Below are positions 12,101 to 23,167 of a stretch of DNA of 60,000 bases, in pieces. Below the pieces are notes generated by a model, which made no database searches, was not told the origin of the DNA, and was given only the letters and a program-made list of their open reading frames with translations. The position numbers and the translations under genes are program-made. The stretch lies in assembly GCF_037042905.1 (NCBI RefSeq), contig NC_087245.1, positions 38,380,001-38,440,000 on the forward strand, in the 5' to 3' direction. The stretch is from Lytechinus pictus. Lineage: Eukaryota. How positions within the stretch are numbered: position 1 is the stretch's first letter; each line of letters starts with the position of its first letter.

Positions 12101-13128
12101 TTTCAAGTTTTCCTAACAGAATTTGGATGCTAATGAGAAAGAAATGCAGTTTGAACAATGCAAGAGTAAATATCAGATTATTGTTTACCTGTTAATGAAG
12201 AAACTGTTTGGTTTGTGTCCTCTCCCTTGACACCTTGATCCTCTTCCACCTCTCCTTCTTGAAGGTCAATGGAACCATAATACAGTGCCAGCACCAACTG
12301 GAGAACCCTGAGGAACATCGGAAGCTGTGTGTCAGATAACGACATCTTCAACTCTTCACAGTGAGTACTAACCTTGACAGCACTGACACGTTTTGCATTC
12401 AGACTGTTGTAGGTCATGTGCATTCGAGCCGATACTGCACACCTGAAGGTCACTGGCTCTTGGTAAACTTCAATCTTCCCGCTGGCACTGCGCTTGTCCA
12501 GACAGACAGTGATGTCTGTGAAGTTACAGACGCGTCTCAGCACTAGCTCTGGCAGAGAGAGTTCAAGGTAGGCCTTCTGCCAGTCACCGTCAGTGGCAAA
12601 AGTGGCAAAGGACTGCACATTGACTGACAGGACGATGTCATCCTCGACATACTTCAGAACCAAATTCTTGATGGAGACTTGGACATTGTGAAGCACCCTG
12701 TTCATGAGGGAAGTCACGTAGCCTGGTGAGAGACTAGCATCTTGAACGTCAGCTTTAGGCTTCACCTTGGAGCTGCTTTCTGTTCTAGATTTGCTAGTAC
12801 CGGTGCTGGACTTTGAGCTGACACTTTCGTTACCATCTGCTTCTGCATCACACAGTTTGACCGTGCATTCGATAGTGTTAATACTGATCTCGACTGGCTC
12901 GTAGCCAATCCGCGTCCAAGGAACATGAATGCGAAGCTCGTGAATGAAACCACTCACAAACGACAGAGGAAGGTTAAGGTCACGTTCCAAAGCATCCAAG
13001 CGTAGTTCTAGATTGTTCAGGACCAGGTCCCCACCCCATAGCGATAGCCTCAAATCCTCGGGTTTCAGATTCTTGATGTATTTGTCTACATATCCCAATA
13101 GGAATGGTGATATGTAAGATTCCAGCAT
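1..13128 (-). CDS. VPS13B: VPS13B/COH1 orthologue, 5' part (16 coding exons, about 1240 aa in window, continues off left edge)
   Basis: N-terminus MLESYISPFLLGYVDKYIKNLKPEDLRLSLWGGDLVLNNLELRLD...SGFIHELRIHVPW matches the chorein-N start of VPS13B as I recall it. Later exons give recognisable VPS13B motifs (SPENN, GAFWMDYLYT, VFGLQAGLT, DPVLYSWLLYQP). All hand-traced splice junctions keep frame. Confidence 0.95.
332..552 (-). CDS. VPS13B: VPS13B coding exon 15
   Basis: atttcag|GT GAG AAG TTT CCT TGG; encodes STTLALTA...IHTDM...CSDAQ; donor CAG|GTAAAT. Confidence 0.87.
1166..1406 (-). CDS. VPS13B: VPS13B coding exon 14
   Basis: cctcag|GTG GAT; encodes VLVVCVPALSVHSSGHK...QDIP; donor G|GTTTGC. 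Confidence 0.87.
1523..1681. mobile_element. PIF/Harbinger-like MITE
   Basis: Same TIR family as 11187-11355; CTG flanks. Confidence 0.75.
1740..1906 (-). CDS. VPS13B: VPS13B coding exon 13
   Basis: attgcag|GA ACT; ends KLKELIIQ|GTTTGT. Confidence 0.82.
2658..2741. mobile_element. piggyBac-like mini element
   Basis: TTAA|CCCT...AGGG|TTAA. A related 3' end lies at about 3190-3252. Confidence 0.6.
2751..2942 (-). CDS. VPS13B: VPS13B coding exon 12
   Basis: tacttag|GT TCC (an alternative in-frame acceptor lies at 2987); encodes ICLDPVLYSWLLYQP; donor G|GTTAGT. Confidence 0.83.
3338..3514 (-). CDS. VPS13B: VPS13B coding exon 11
   Basis: tatgcag|GT GGA; encodes PVFQGPLQT...TITAQIPQ; donor G|GTATAC. 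Confidence 0.83.
3744..3878 (-). CDS. VPS13B: VPS13B coding exon 10
   Basis: ctctgcag|GA AGT; donor CCA G|GTGGGT chosen for phase 1 compatibility with the next exon. Confidence 0.78.
4628..4806 (-). CDS. VPS13B: VPS13B coding exon 9
   Basis: ctttcag|G ACT...; encodes FTKAQLLLL...SW; donor G|GTTGGT. Confidence 0.85.
5206..5333 (-). CDS. VPS13B: VPS13B coding exon 8
   Basis: tattcag|GTA TTT GGA TTG CAA GCT GGT; donor TG|GTTAGT. Confidence 0.88.
5625..5831 (+). mobile_element. Helentron/HINE-like non-autonomous element 3' part
   Basis: (GACG)n-like microsatellite followed by a terminal hairpin-like segment and gagacaaaaa. Possibly related 5' segments at about 6490-6620, 14035-14190 and 42285-42420. 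Confidence 0.45.
6201..6383 (-). CDS. VPS13B: VPS13B coding exon 7
   Basis: ttgtattag|GAA AGT (the nearby acceptor that gives phase 0); encodes VTVPMYARQL...LMHLCY; donor AAG|GTACAA. Confidence 0.82.
6684..6965 (-). repeat. Three tandem about 90-105 bp units each containing a tRNA-derived SINE-like head
   Basis: Unit gtagaggtgatgtagcccagtggataagtctcttgactttgaagcacaagatccagggttcaaaaccc has A-box and B-box-like motifs. Confidence 0.65.
7006..7163 (-). CDS. VPS13B: VPS13B coding exon 6
   Basis: atttcag|AG GTG...; encodes VAGLEDCIPQRH; donor GAG|GTAGGT. Confidence 0.85.
7830..8024 (-). CDS. VPS13B: VPS13B coding exon 5
   Basis: gtccag|GT AAT...; encodes SSFVHRLQQ...HDYQPYS; donor G|GTAATT. Confidence 0.87.
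8400..8634 (-). CDS. VPS13B: VPS13B coding exon 4
   Basis: cccacag|GGT CAG...; encodes LFDGDSPENN...YGAFWMDYLYTYE; donor G|GTAATA. Confidence 0.9.
9418..9627 (-). CDS. VPS13B: VPS13B coding exon 3
   Basis: ttccctag|GTG ACT GAT ... CTT CAG|GTAGGG; 210 nt, open. Confidence 0.88.
9671..9843. mobile_element. PIF/Harbinger-like MITE (related subfamily)
   Basis: TIR GTGGGTGTTTCATAAAGCTGTTCG/CGAACAGCTTTATGAAACACCCAC. Confidence 0.75.
10356..10564 (-). CDS. VPS13B: VPS13B coding exon 2 (GC donor)
   Basis: Acceptor ggttatag|AT; DPDEAPVDL...SWTSWAWSFVP...KASVEFK; donor AAG|GCAAGT gives phase 0, matching the next exon. Confidence 0.88.
10599..11012. mobile_element. MITE with CAGGGTGCTACAT TIRs (hAT-like)
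   Basis: Terminal inverted repeats, subterminal cttgccc repeats, central palindrome at about 10843-10887; imperfect TSD catcttttg/catcttgtg. Confidence 0.78.
11187..11355. mobile_element. PIF/Harbinger-like MITE (related copies at 1523-1681 and 9671-9843)
   Basis: About 57-bp TIR GTGGGTGTTTCATAAAGCTGTTC...; CTG target duplication (CWG type). Confidence 0.8.
12189..13128 (-). CDS. VPS13B: VPS13B coding exon 1 (chorein-N domain), 940 nt
   Basis: ATG at 13128 in context caccATG; acceptor ttttcttttag ends at 13154; donor G|GTAAAC at 12188; ends in phase 1. Confidence 0.95.
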
Positions 13129-13585
13129 GGTGATCGGCTATTTCAGTATAGTTCTAAAAGAAAAAATAAAGGATAATGATGAAATATTATCATTCAAAGA
13201 TAATGTAAAAATATTATATATGAATCATGGATTCAGACTCAACTTCAACTTTTTACATATACTCTACACATTTGAATTTGGAGCTTTGGGACTTTATATG
13301 AGAAAGAGAATAGAAGTTATGTCTCTTCAAGAGTTTGTGCCATTACAAAAGGTGTATTAAAAGAAAAAAAATGATCACAAAGTCAGCTCGGGTAGCGATT
13401 CGGCTATTAAAGAAACCATGGAAAAGCTAAAAAAAGAATAACAATGACAAGAATCATTGCTTGTACATGAAAGCAAGAAATATCGTTTACTTGAATCTAA
13501 AAAGCTAGCAGAGGAGATAAATTCAATCCGAAGTCATTTTGGAAGTATGTGAAAAGTAATACGAAGTCACGCTCTGGGATACCAG

Positions 13586-13838
13586 GGCCCCGCCTTATAA
13601 AGAGTTGTAATTGACCCAATCAACCACAACTATGGAAAGCCAGCAACATCAAAAATGTATGTTTGTTCAAAATATTTTCTATATTCATACTTCATTGTTT
13701 TCTAGAAAAATCAGAGTGCTCCTCTTTTGTTTCAATTGGGCACTGTGCAAATTTCATGTAGAAAATATTACGACATTAATGGATTTCCATATAGTTGAGG
13801 TTGACTCGATCGATCGTAACTCTTTGAAAGATGGAGCC
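13586..13838. mobile_element. Harbinger-like MITE (truncated copy at 4332-4550)
   Basis: Inverted ends with aaagagtt..attga..caatcaa..caactatggaaa; CAG flanks. Confidence 0.7.
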
Positions 13839-15449
13839 CAGACCTGCATGCAGCAGACGGATCATGGGTCAAGAATAAGCAAGACAAAGCTGATACCCTC
13901 AATTCTTATTTTGGGTGCATGTTCGTTGAGATCTTGGAAAATATTCCACACATACTCACGAAGCTGTCACTCTATTATAGTGAAACTTCTAGCCTGATGC
14001 AGTCTTCTATATTGAGAAATAACTAATGAGATAAAACAAGTGGAGCGCCACTGGTAGTCTCGCCTGCATTTTGCGATTCCATATAGCTGACTTTGATGAA
14101 ATAATCATTCACAAAAAAAAAACATTCACATAATAATATGATAAATTCATTGACCCTAAATGACATTTGACCTTGATCAAGTGACCTACATATGTAAGAC
14201 TTGTGTAAGATGAGCAATGATACATAATTACCCTTATGTCCACATTTCATTCGGAATTTCATTTCAGAACTTTTGTCATTCGGAATATCTAGAGAACCGA
14301 AAATTAGGTCTGAAAAACGGGTCATCAAGGCGACACATCCCCGTACCACCAATATATGTGTGTATACCCCCCCCCCCCCCCGGGCTAACTTCACATTCAT
14401 GTAAGGGTATACGCACATATTTGTACAATCTCTGGCTCTGTGGAGAGTAAACTTGTAGTGAATGATTTTTACTCTCTAAGAGACCCCTTGGCTAGGTCTA
14501 TCCACTTGTTCACTGCAACCACCCTTCCTGTGGGGAATGTAGATCTATGCAGTATACAACACACATAAAAAAATCATTAAAATATTACTTTTGTAACCAA
14601 AAATACCCATTTCCATTCAGTTGCAATTTATTTTTCAATAGTAACTTGGGGATCATTTTTTTTTCACCAGAGCGCTCAAAACTTGAATTTTTGGCATATT
14701 TATGTAGGCCCTCTATTGGAGGAAAGTAAAATTTCAAGAAAATTGTAATTTTACGATCTCTATCTTCAATTTAGAAAAAATAATTACCGGTAAAGAATTC
14801 AATTTACTTCAGAGCCAATTTATATGAATAGTTGTAATGGAAACTGACAGTGTCAAAAAATCCAGCATTTGTCCCCAGAACAAGAGAAAATAAGCCAAAC
14901 ATTGGCAACCTTATTTCACCTAACAGGGCCAGGGAGTAGACGGAGAACATTATATCATAACCTTGTTCATTGAATGAGTGGGTCTATCCAACTTTTCCTT
15001 CCTAAATCTCTTATAAAAAACATTTTTTTAAATTGAAAATGGAATGCTTTTCACCAGAAAATGAAGCCCTGGACCGGGTGAGTAGCGGAATTAGTTTTGG
15101 CTATAAACAGTAACAATTATTCGCGTTCTGAAGCGATGTTAACTGACAACTCTAAAATCCATTGCGTAAACACGTTCATAGACATAGTGCGCGGTGAGTA
15201 TAGCATACTAACCTCGCAATACGTGTGAGTGGGTCTAGTCTAACTAACAAAGTTAGAGTAGACTAGATCTATTCAGAATAAAATTTTTAAATGAAGGCCT
15301 GAAATTTGTGAAAAAAATGTGCCAACTTTTCTTTTTCTACTCTTTTGTAGTATTCTTAGCAAATCCACTGTAGACCTACCGGTAATGTAAAAAAACCCGG
15401 TGATAATGCAAATAAAATCAAATGAAACTAGACAAAACTGTGGACATAC

Positions 15450-15850
15450 CCTAAAATACACTTTTGGTACTTGAATGTAGGGAACGCTAGCGCTGTCTCC
15501 GCAGTTCGTGTCGTCGGACTGCTGCCACTGTCGCCGGCAGTCCCACCCGCAGGAAGCCGGTGATGATGCTGAGCCCGAGTGAGTTCAGTCTTGATCTTCG
15601 AAATGACGAAATGAAGGTCGACAATTGAAATTACTTGAATTGCTCATTTGCATAGTTGGTGGAGCGGCTTTGCTGATTGTAGATATCAAAAGCTAAGAAG
15701 ACAATTGGAGCTTGTTTCAGCATTCCGATCCGATTGGGATTCCATTTCTGATCAGCAATTACAGGTCGTCGAACGGGTTGTTTACTTCTGGTTCTTGACA
15801 CGTGTACAGTTTGTTTACGTGTGGTTATATGGTGTAGAAAATAGGCATAC
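15450..15850 (-). promoter_or_regulatory. Candidate VPS13B promoter and non-coding first exon
   Basis: CpG-richer island about 2.3 kb upstream of the ATG exon, which itself starts at an acceptor. Donor AGG|GTATGT at 15449. CACGTG and two TTGTTTAC motifs near 15778-15820. Confidence 0.45.
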
Positions 15851-18557
15851 GCTGACCGTAAAACACCAAACTGCTGGATTTCACATCTAATTCCAGGCGC
15901 GACAACTTGAAGTCATCATGACAGCACCCCCGTCATCATCAAAAGCAAGAAAATAGAAGGGTAACAAGAAAGTTGAGAAATATTTGTCTGCAATTGGTCG
16001 GGGATAAGGATAAGGGGCTAAATGTCAAAGATAAGTAACTTGGACTATATGACAATATTTAGGAAACTAAATCTAGGGCAGCTATAATTTCAATTGAATT
16101 ACATTTCGATTAGTAATGGTATATATTCCCCTATTCACATTCCTGTAAAAGTATAGGCTATATATACCGTAGTGGCTAGATCAGGCTGACATTTGGCATG
16201 CTTCGATGACATTTTAAAGAATATTACATTTAAAATGGAGACTGCCAGGAGTAAGACTATAGCATTACGTCTACAACCCATTGAAACCAAGAATTGCATG
16301 GAAAATTTGTTTAAAAACTATCCTAAAAAAATGATATGACTTCCAAAGGCCGCTTGTCTTGTTTAAAATGCGAAAAGCGAAAGACTGGTAAAGGATATCC
16401 ATATTGAGAATATATATACCAAAAAGTAATAAATTATTGTTTCAAAGGTAGGGCTTCTAAATAAGGACTGCGTTGGGCCATAAATCATAAAGACATTAAC
16501 TTCCGTAACGCATTAACTTCCGTAACATTTTTTTCTTGAATATGCTACAAATTTGTGCTTTACTGAATCACTCCGGATCAATTAAACCATGTAAGGTACC
16601 CTCCACCTAGGTACCCATGAAAATCTTAGCTTTTCATCCATGTCAAATTATTATTACACAACTTATTTTCAACATCACTTTGAACAGAGGGAAAATTACC
16701 AACGAAAAAAATCTCCCGATAATTATATACGATATTTAATGCTTTTAGAGTTTTGAATAATTCATACTACAAATGTTAAGGATAAGCATCTTATTTAGAA
16801 CTTAAAATTTCTAATTTCCTTTGCTATATAAGTTCTTTCAGTTATTGTTACGGAAGTTAATACACTTCTCTGCTGTACTTTGCTGAGCTTGATAGTACGA
16901 TTCTGGTTCCAGAACAGGCGTCAAGTCGGCAAAAACGATGGAGAGAAAGGGGAAGGAGGAGAAACAAGAAAGCTTTCATGGCCAAAGAAAGAGAAATAAA
17001 ACGCCGCTCACATAACACTGGTCTGCATGCTTTCCAAGAAAGAACTAAAAGTCAAGAGAAGGGAGAAGGGCCGATTTTGAAGAGAATAAAGAATTGGCAT
17101 TAAAAGCGTAAAAAGGAGTAGATCGAAACTAAACCCATCTCAAACAAATGAAGAAGATAAATGAATTGTGACAAAGCCTAGTATAGTCGCCACTACAACC
17201 TGATAATTTAAACATGGAGTAGTGTGTGTGTACAGCGCTTTGTAACCTAAAGGAATAGGTGCTATATCAAAATAATATCCAATGGATTGGAAAGGAAAAT
17301 TAAATGACTGTGACGTAACGGAATTAAATGCGAGCTGAAACTCGCAATATACTGACCTGAAAACATTAAAAATACCCCTTTTCGGACTATTTGCGCAATG
17401 ACTCATGAGGAGGATTAACGATCTCACCAATCTATAATGCGAGCGCGAAGCGCGAGCTAAAACGTTTCTATACTCTAACCTGAAAACTTGAGATTCTAAG
17501 CATTTTTTTGTGGTAAAAATGATCAGGATGTTTCTGAATAAACTGTTATTGCGAGTGCAAAGTGCGAGCTGATTTTATTTTGGTATTCTGACTGAAAGCT
17601 TAACATTCTAAACACTCTTTGTACCAATTATAAGGATGGGTATCTTAATTGATGTGACTGATTTTTTTATATTTTGATCTGAAAAAATAATTTATAAACG
17701 TTTTAATTTGAGAACAAGATATATGTCCAATAAACGAATTATTGCAAATGTGAAACGCACGCTTTTGGAGGTTTATACCCCAAAACGGAACATTCTATTA
17801 ACTTTTTGTGATCATAAAAAAGGATGGATGTCTTGCCAAGGAAATGATCCGAGCGCGAAGCGCGAGCTGAAAATATGTGTCATTCCAATATGAAAACCAG
17901 ACATTTTAAGCACGCTTTAAATAAAGACGATATAATTAATTTAAATAAAAAAATAAATTCATGCAATTAAATACAAAAGAACAAGTTGGTATTATGTAAA
18001 CCATCAATAAGCTCTTTTAATATTCATGAAGATATGCATGGAACTGTTTCACTAAAATAAGGCAAATCTTTAAAATAACATAATTTCGTTATTCCTTGTC
18101 CGATTTTGATCATATTTGTATTATTTCGTTTGTCTGATAATTATCTGTTCAGATCAATTTTTTAGCCTGGATGACCCCTTTAATGCGCATGAAAAGCGCT
18201 GAATGACATGAAAACATGGAAAGGGGTATTTCAAACGCTCACGGTTGTTGGAATTAGGAATGAAATACGTATTTCGCTGATCAGACATTTTGGCTATTCA
18301 TCATTTTTTTTAATCACGAACAGGATGCGTAATTGCGTATCTCGATCTAAAAAATAATGGAAAAAATCGTGATTAGATCATATAGAATCTAGTAATAATT
18401 TGTGTATATCAACTTATACAAGGCTGAATTCTAAGCCTCTTGTTTCATTCGCCTTCCCTTTTTAATTATTCATTTCCCCATGTCCTTTTTTTCTCTCCTT
18501 TTTTCTCTATCTTTTTGGCTATTGGCAAGCGGCGGGGTTCCTCGTAACCCAGAGAAC

Positions 18558-19701
18558 CAGTGGCGTAACTACGGGGGGGGGGGGGGCATGGGGGGGGGGG
18601 CACGTGGCCCCCAATCGGCTGGCCAAAAAAAAAAACGGGGAAGAGGAGAAAAAGAGGGAGAAAGAAAATGAAACGTAGTGGGAATGAAGAAATTATTGTT
18701 CATTATAATGTTATATTATAATTATGTTATGTTATAATATATAAGAAACATTATTTCATAAGTTTATTTTGCTCAGGCCTAGATGTCTTCATTGTTCCCG
18801 GTACTCGCATTGTCCGTTTAACGTTTTTAAGTCAATATACACCAAATATATTTCCTCGCACTTCGACTTATTATTGTTTTATGTAGTGACATATGGTTCT
18901 TTTTCATGACTACTTAAAGTGATTGCCCCATTTTTAGGTGTTAATATAAAACATTTCCTGTCCGTGCTTACGTTCGCACTAGTAGATTGGTGAGATATGT
19001 CTGCTCTTCATGAATTCCTAAAAATCCGTCCTTAAAATGTCCCTTTTTCTGATCTGAATATCAAAAATTTTCAGCTCGCGCTTCGCGCTCGCATCATTTG
19101 GTTAGTGAAATACGTATCGTATGGTCTTAGTGAATTCTTACAAACAGGCCTTAAAATGCCTCTCTTCAGGTCTGAATATCCTAAATTTTCAGCTCGCGCT
19201 TCGCGCTCGCAATATTTGATGAGTGAGATGCGTAGTATCATGATTACAATGACTACAAAAAGTGCTTCATGTGTTTAGATGTAGCAAAATCAGCAAGCGC
19301 TTTGCACTCGCATTAGATGACTATGGTGAGATATGTATACTCTTAATGGATTCCTAAAATATAGTCCTTAACATGTCCTTGTTTAGGGTCAATATTTACA
19401 AAAATTTCAGCTCGCGCTTCGCGCTCGCATTGTTTGTTTAGCGAGACAGGTATGTATCATGATTAAAAAAAATTACTTATAATGTCCTTTTTTGGTCTGC
19501 ATATCAAAAATTTTCAGCTCGCGCTTCGCGCTCGCATTATTTGAGCAGTGACATACATATCCGTTTAATGGCACTGCCTTTAAAATGTCCCTATTAGGTC
19601 AGTTTACCTGGCAACTGAGCGCGCTTCGCGCGCTCACTAAGTGACTCAAATATTTTGCTGGTGCCCCCCCCCCCAATGCCGTGACTCACGGTACGCCACT
19701 A
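18558..19701. mobile_element. hAT-like non-autonomous element with internal about 110-120 bp tandem units
   Basis: TIR CAGTGGCGTA/TACGCCACTA; perfect TSD CAGAGAAC; repeated ttttcagctcgcgcttcgcgctcgca motif. Confidence 0.85.
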
Positions 19702-19749
19702 CAGAGAACTCATCCTGGTTATCGGCCTGCGATTGTTATATTTTGTTGA

Positions 19750-20503
19750 GGGCCAGAAACTTTTAAGATGAACTACAAGTCTGTGGCCCGGTTATTCGGT
19801 TTTCTTATTCCAACTATCATGATTATGAACAACAACGACAACAAAAATTACAGTTGTGCGACTTGTCCGTTTCCTGTTCTATCAACATTTTTTTTGGGGG
19901 GTAGCAAAATTAAGCTATGCATTCCACAGTTAACTTTATTTATTAAAAACTGTTATACGAATACCTAAATATGGATTTTTCTTAGCTAACAAAATAAATA
20001 TTGCAATTTGTAACTTGATTTAACTTCCGTAACGAAGATTGACAAGGGTATATGCCACTCGAGGATTTGATGGTAAAGTATCTTTGGATTCCCAGAATTG
20101 GTCATGCATTACTAAGGATCTTGCTTAGGATTACTATGGGCCAGAAAGTTTTAAGATGAACTACAATTCTGTGGACCGGTTATTCGGTTTTCCCATTCCA
20201 ACTATGAACAACGACAGCAAAAATTACAGTTGTCCGACTTGTTCGTTTCCTGTTTTGTTTTTAACCCTTTTTTGGGGGGGGGGGGCAAAATTAAGCAATG
20301 CGTTTTACATTTATCTTTAATTATTAAAAAAATTATACGAATACCTAAATATTGATGTTCCTAAGCTAACAAAATATGTATTGCAATTTTTTAAACTTGA
20401 TTTAACTTCCCTAACGAATATTGACAAGGGTAAATGCCACTCGAGGATTTGATGGTAAAGTATCTTGGGATTCCCAAAATTGTTCATGCATTGGTTAGGA
20501 TCT
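19750..20503 (+). repeat. Direct tandem duplication, about 385-bp unit x2
   Basis: gggccagaaa..ttttaagatgaactacaa starts at both 19750 and 20138; the units are collinear through ...taaggatct. Confidence 0.85.
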
Positions 20504-22009
20504 CGGGTTTTGATGAACAGTTATCTTAAGGTTGCCTCATTCAAATTATGAACATGAAACTGAACGAAAGATGTGCAATGATTTTTATGGTATTTTTGTC
20601 ATATGTTATTTGGTAACATGCTGCTTCTGAAAAACAATATTGAATATTTTTTCTGTCTTGCAAACATTTTGCCTTAAGTAAATACATTTTTTGATACCAC
20701 ACTTTAACTGAATTGTGTGCATTTCTATTTCGTTCATTTTAAAAGTGATACAATAATTTGAGTAACATAAGTGGACAATTTTAACGATTAACCTCCGTAA
20801 CGTTGATATACAGTACTTGAGTTAATCCGATCAGTAATTCAAACTGACGCAACAGCAACTTGCCTTTTTTCTGTTGCCACTTTCTCATAGATGGTACTTT
20901 CACAATGTGCATCTTTTAACCCATTCTGTAGACCTTATTTTTACGATTCCCCGCCCCCCATCAATTGGTGAATTTTTCTGAGAATGACCCGACAAATGGT
21001 CCTGGACCCCGGAGCGGACGACATAATTATTTGCAATTTTTCGTTGTATACTGGTTCCAAAACTTAAATAGGACTAAACATGCTGTTCCTGTTCACCAAT
21101 TTTCGACAAAGACCCCCTACATGTTCTTTGTCATTTAACAGGCATTTTCAATATATTTGATGTGTTCTTGAATCCCCGTAGATCGCGGAGCTAAAATTCC
21201 CTCACATAATGATATATGCAGATTATTATTGTTCATCAAAATCGAATCGCCATCGATTGGGATTTCTTAGAAAAAAACACAACAATAATCAACTTATTCA
21301 AATATAATTTTGAACATTTCTATGAGAAGCCCGCAGGAAGGAATATCAAATTTAAAACAAAAAACTAAAATGACTCTTTTAGTATCTGATGAATTATACT
21401 CATTCTTCTGCTCTTCAAAGATTGTTGCCGATATCTGTTTTAATTTAGTCTGTTATTTGCCCTATACCCGATACTCAATTCAGCATTCCTATACTCTTGA
21501 TAACCTACAATGGAACTTCAATAATGAATCGTTAAACAATAATCAAGTTTTGCAGTTTTTTTTTATAAAAGTGTACAAATATTTACATTGAATGAGTTAT
21601 GAAAATTATTGCTCATAAAGTATAAAGTATGACATTTTAGGCAATTGTAATACATGTATACAATACACAGGAGAAATGAAAGCTCATGCAGAGATAACAT
21701 GGATACAAAATAAGCCGGCAAAATCTTGTCAGTAAATAGACTATATATATAGTTCCAAGAAGGAAAACAGATTGCAAAGTTTTCTTTAGCAAAATATTAA
21801 TATTGATCTGCTATTATAACACTGCTAAAATAAATACACAACGTTAGTCTGCCCACTGTATATAGATTCCGGGCTGGTGGTGATTTAACACCGGCGTTTT
21901 TTGCAGTGTACTGTATTATACAAGTAATCATTATTTACAGGAAAGGAATGGTTAAAAATAAGTACAAAAATTAAGAAATAATAATGAAATGAGGCAGTAG
22001 CTTCAAGGA

Positions 22010-23167
22010 TCAGCAGATAGATTCTGAAGGTATAAAGTTGAGTTTTTTGCTACACCTTTCAACATTTCTTTCTTTGTTCAGAATTTCTTTCTCTGGTGTT
22101 AACATTTTGCCTACATGAGACGTATTGTCGAATTGTTCGCGAGGCTTTAAAGGTGTGTTTACATTTGGCTCATCACTGCCTTTGTCATCCGAATGTCTTT
22201 TTCGAATCTTTATCACAATGAATACTACAAACAAGGTAATCAGAATGGTAAATGCTACCGCAACTCCAACGATCACAATCAATAATTTATCATCTGTTTT
22301 TCCACTTTCAGCTCTCTCTGTGACAGAATCTTGGTACATTGGTACATTCTTGTCAATTCCAACATTATCATTATTATGGAATTCATTATTAGAAGGGAAG
22401 GGGCGGGAAGTTGCTGTAGAAGTTTCTTCGCTGCTTGCTGGTATCTCTATACACAGAGACACTTCAAGGTCAATTACAGTGTGATTTGCTAAATCGCTCG
22501 GGTATGAACACACTGGATTATCAATCTTGACGTCCTTCTCGTTGCTTATGGATAGTTGTTGATACCATTGACGCAATGGCTCCATACTACAGTCGCAATG
22601 CCAAGGATTGCCTTTCAGAAACAGAATTTCGGCGTTACTTGTCAAGATCTCCAAGGTCAAATTGTCAATTTGATGAAGATTGTTCCATCTTAAATCCAAA
22701 CGAATATTCGGAAGATGAAGAACATTGCCAATAGAAATCAATCGATTACCAGAGAGATCAATGGTCATTAGGTAATCCATATGTGCAAAAACATTAATGT
22801 AAAGGGTTGTGAGAGAATTGTTGGACAGGTCTAAGTAGACCAAGGAAGATAGGTCTTTGAAGACATCCTCAGGAAGATCAACCAGTTTGTTCATGCCGAG
22901 GAAAAGACGCTCGAGGTATTTTAAATGTTGGAAGACACCGGAAGTGAGTTGAGAAAGACGGTTCTGGTACAGATCAATAACTTCCAGCTTTGGTACGAGT
23001 TGGAAGGTTCCGTTCTCGATGACTCTAAGTGAGTTCCTACTCAAGTAGATGTTTCGGAGTCGGTTTTCTGTTCCGTTTAGTGCGTACCGATCGAACACCT
23101 GAAGATTGTTGTAGAGCAGTTTGATAGACTTAAGTTGAGGTGCCCCGATGAATGTATTTGCTTCGAT
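22010..23167 (-). CDS. LRR-TM copy A coding exon 2
   Basis: ctttacag|ATC GAA GCA, in frame with ORF 22010..23098; stop at 22010. Confidence 0.9.
   Translation of the reverse strand: MEANTFIGAPQLKSIKLLYNNLQVFDRYALNGTENRLRNIYLSRNSLRVIENGTFQLVPKLEVIDLYQNRLSQLTSGVFQHLKYLERLFLGMNKLVDLPEDVFKDLSSLVYLDLSNNSLTTLYINVFAHMDYLMTIDLSGNRLISIGNVLHLPNIRLDLRWNNLHQIDNLTLEILTSNAEILFLKGNPWHCDCSMEPLRQWYQQLSISNEKDVKIDNPVCSYPSDLANHTVIDLEVSLCIEIPASSEETSTATSRPFPSNNEFHNNDNVGIDKNVPMYQDSVTERAESGKTDDKLLIVIVGVAVAFTILITLFVVFIVIKIRKRHSDDKGSDEPNVNTPLKPREQFDNTSHVGKMLTPEKEILNKERNVERCSKKLNFIPSESIC

Noticed and set aside
19060..19640. Regularly spaced palindromic repeats resembling a CRISPR array
   Set aside because: The spacers are similar to one another, the array lies inside a TIR/TSD-bounded eukaryotic element, and no cas genes are present.
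22010..23167. Toll-like receptor call
   Set aside because: The cytoplasmic tails are short with no TIR motifs, and no TIR exon is seen downstream.
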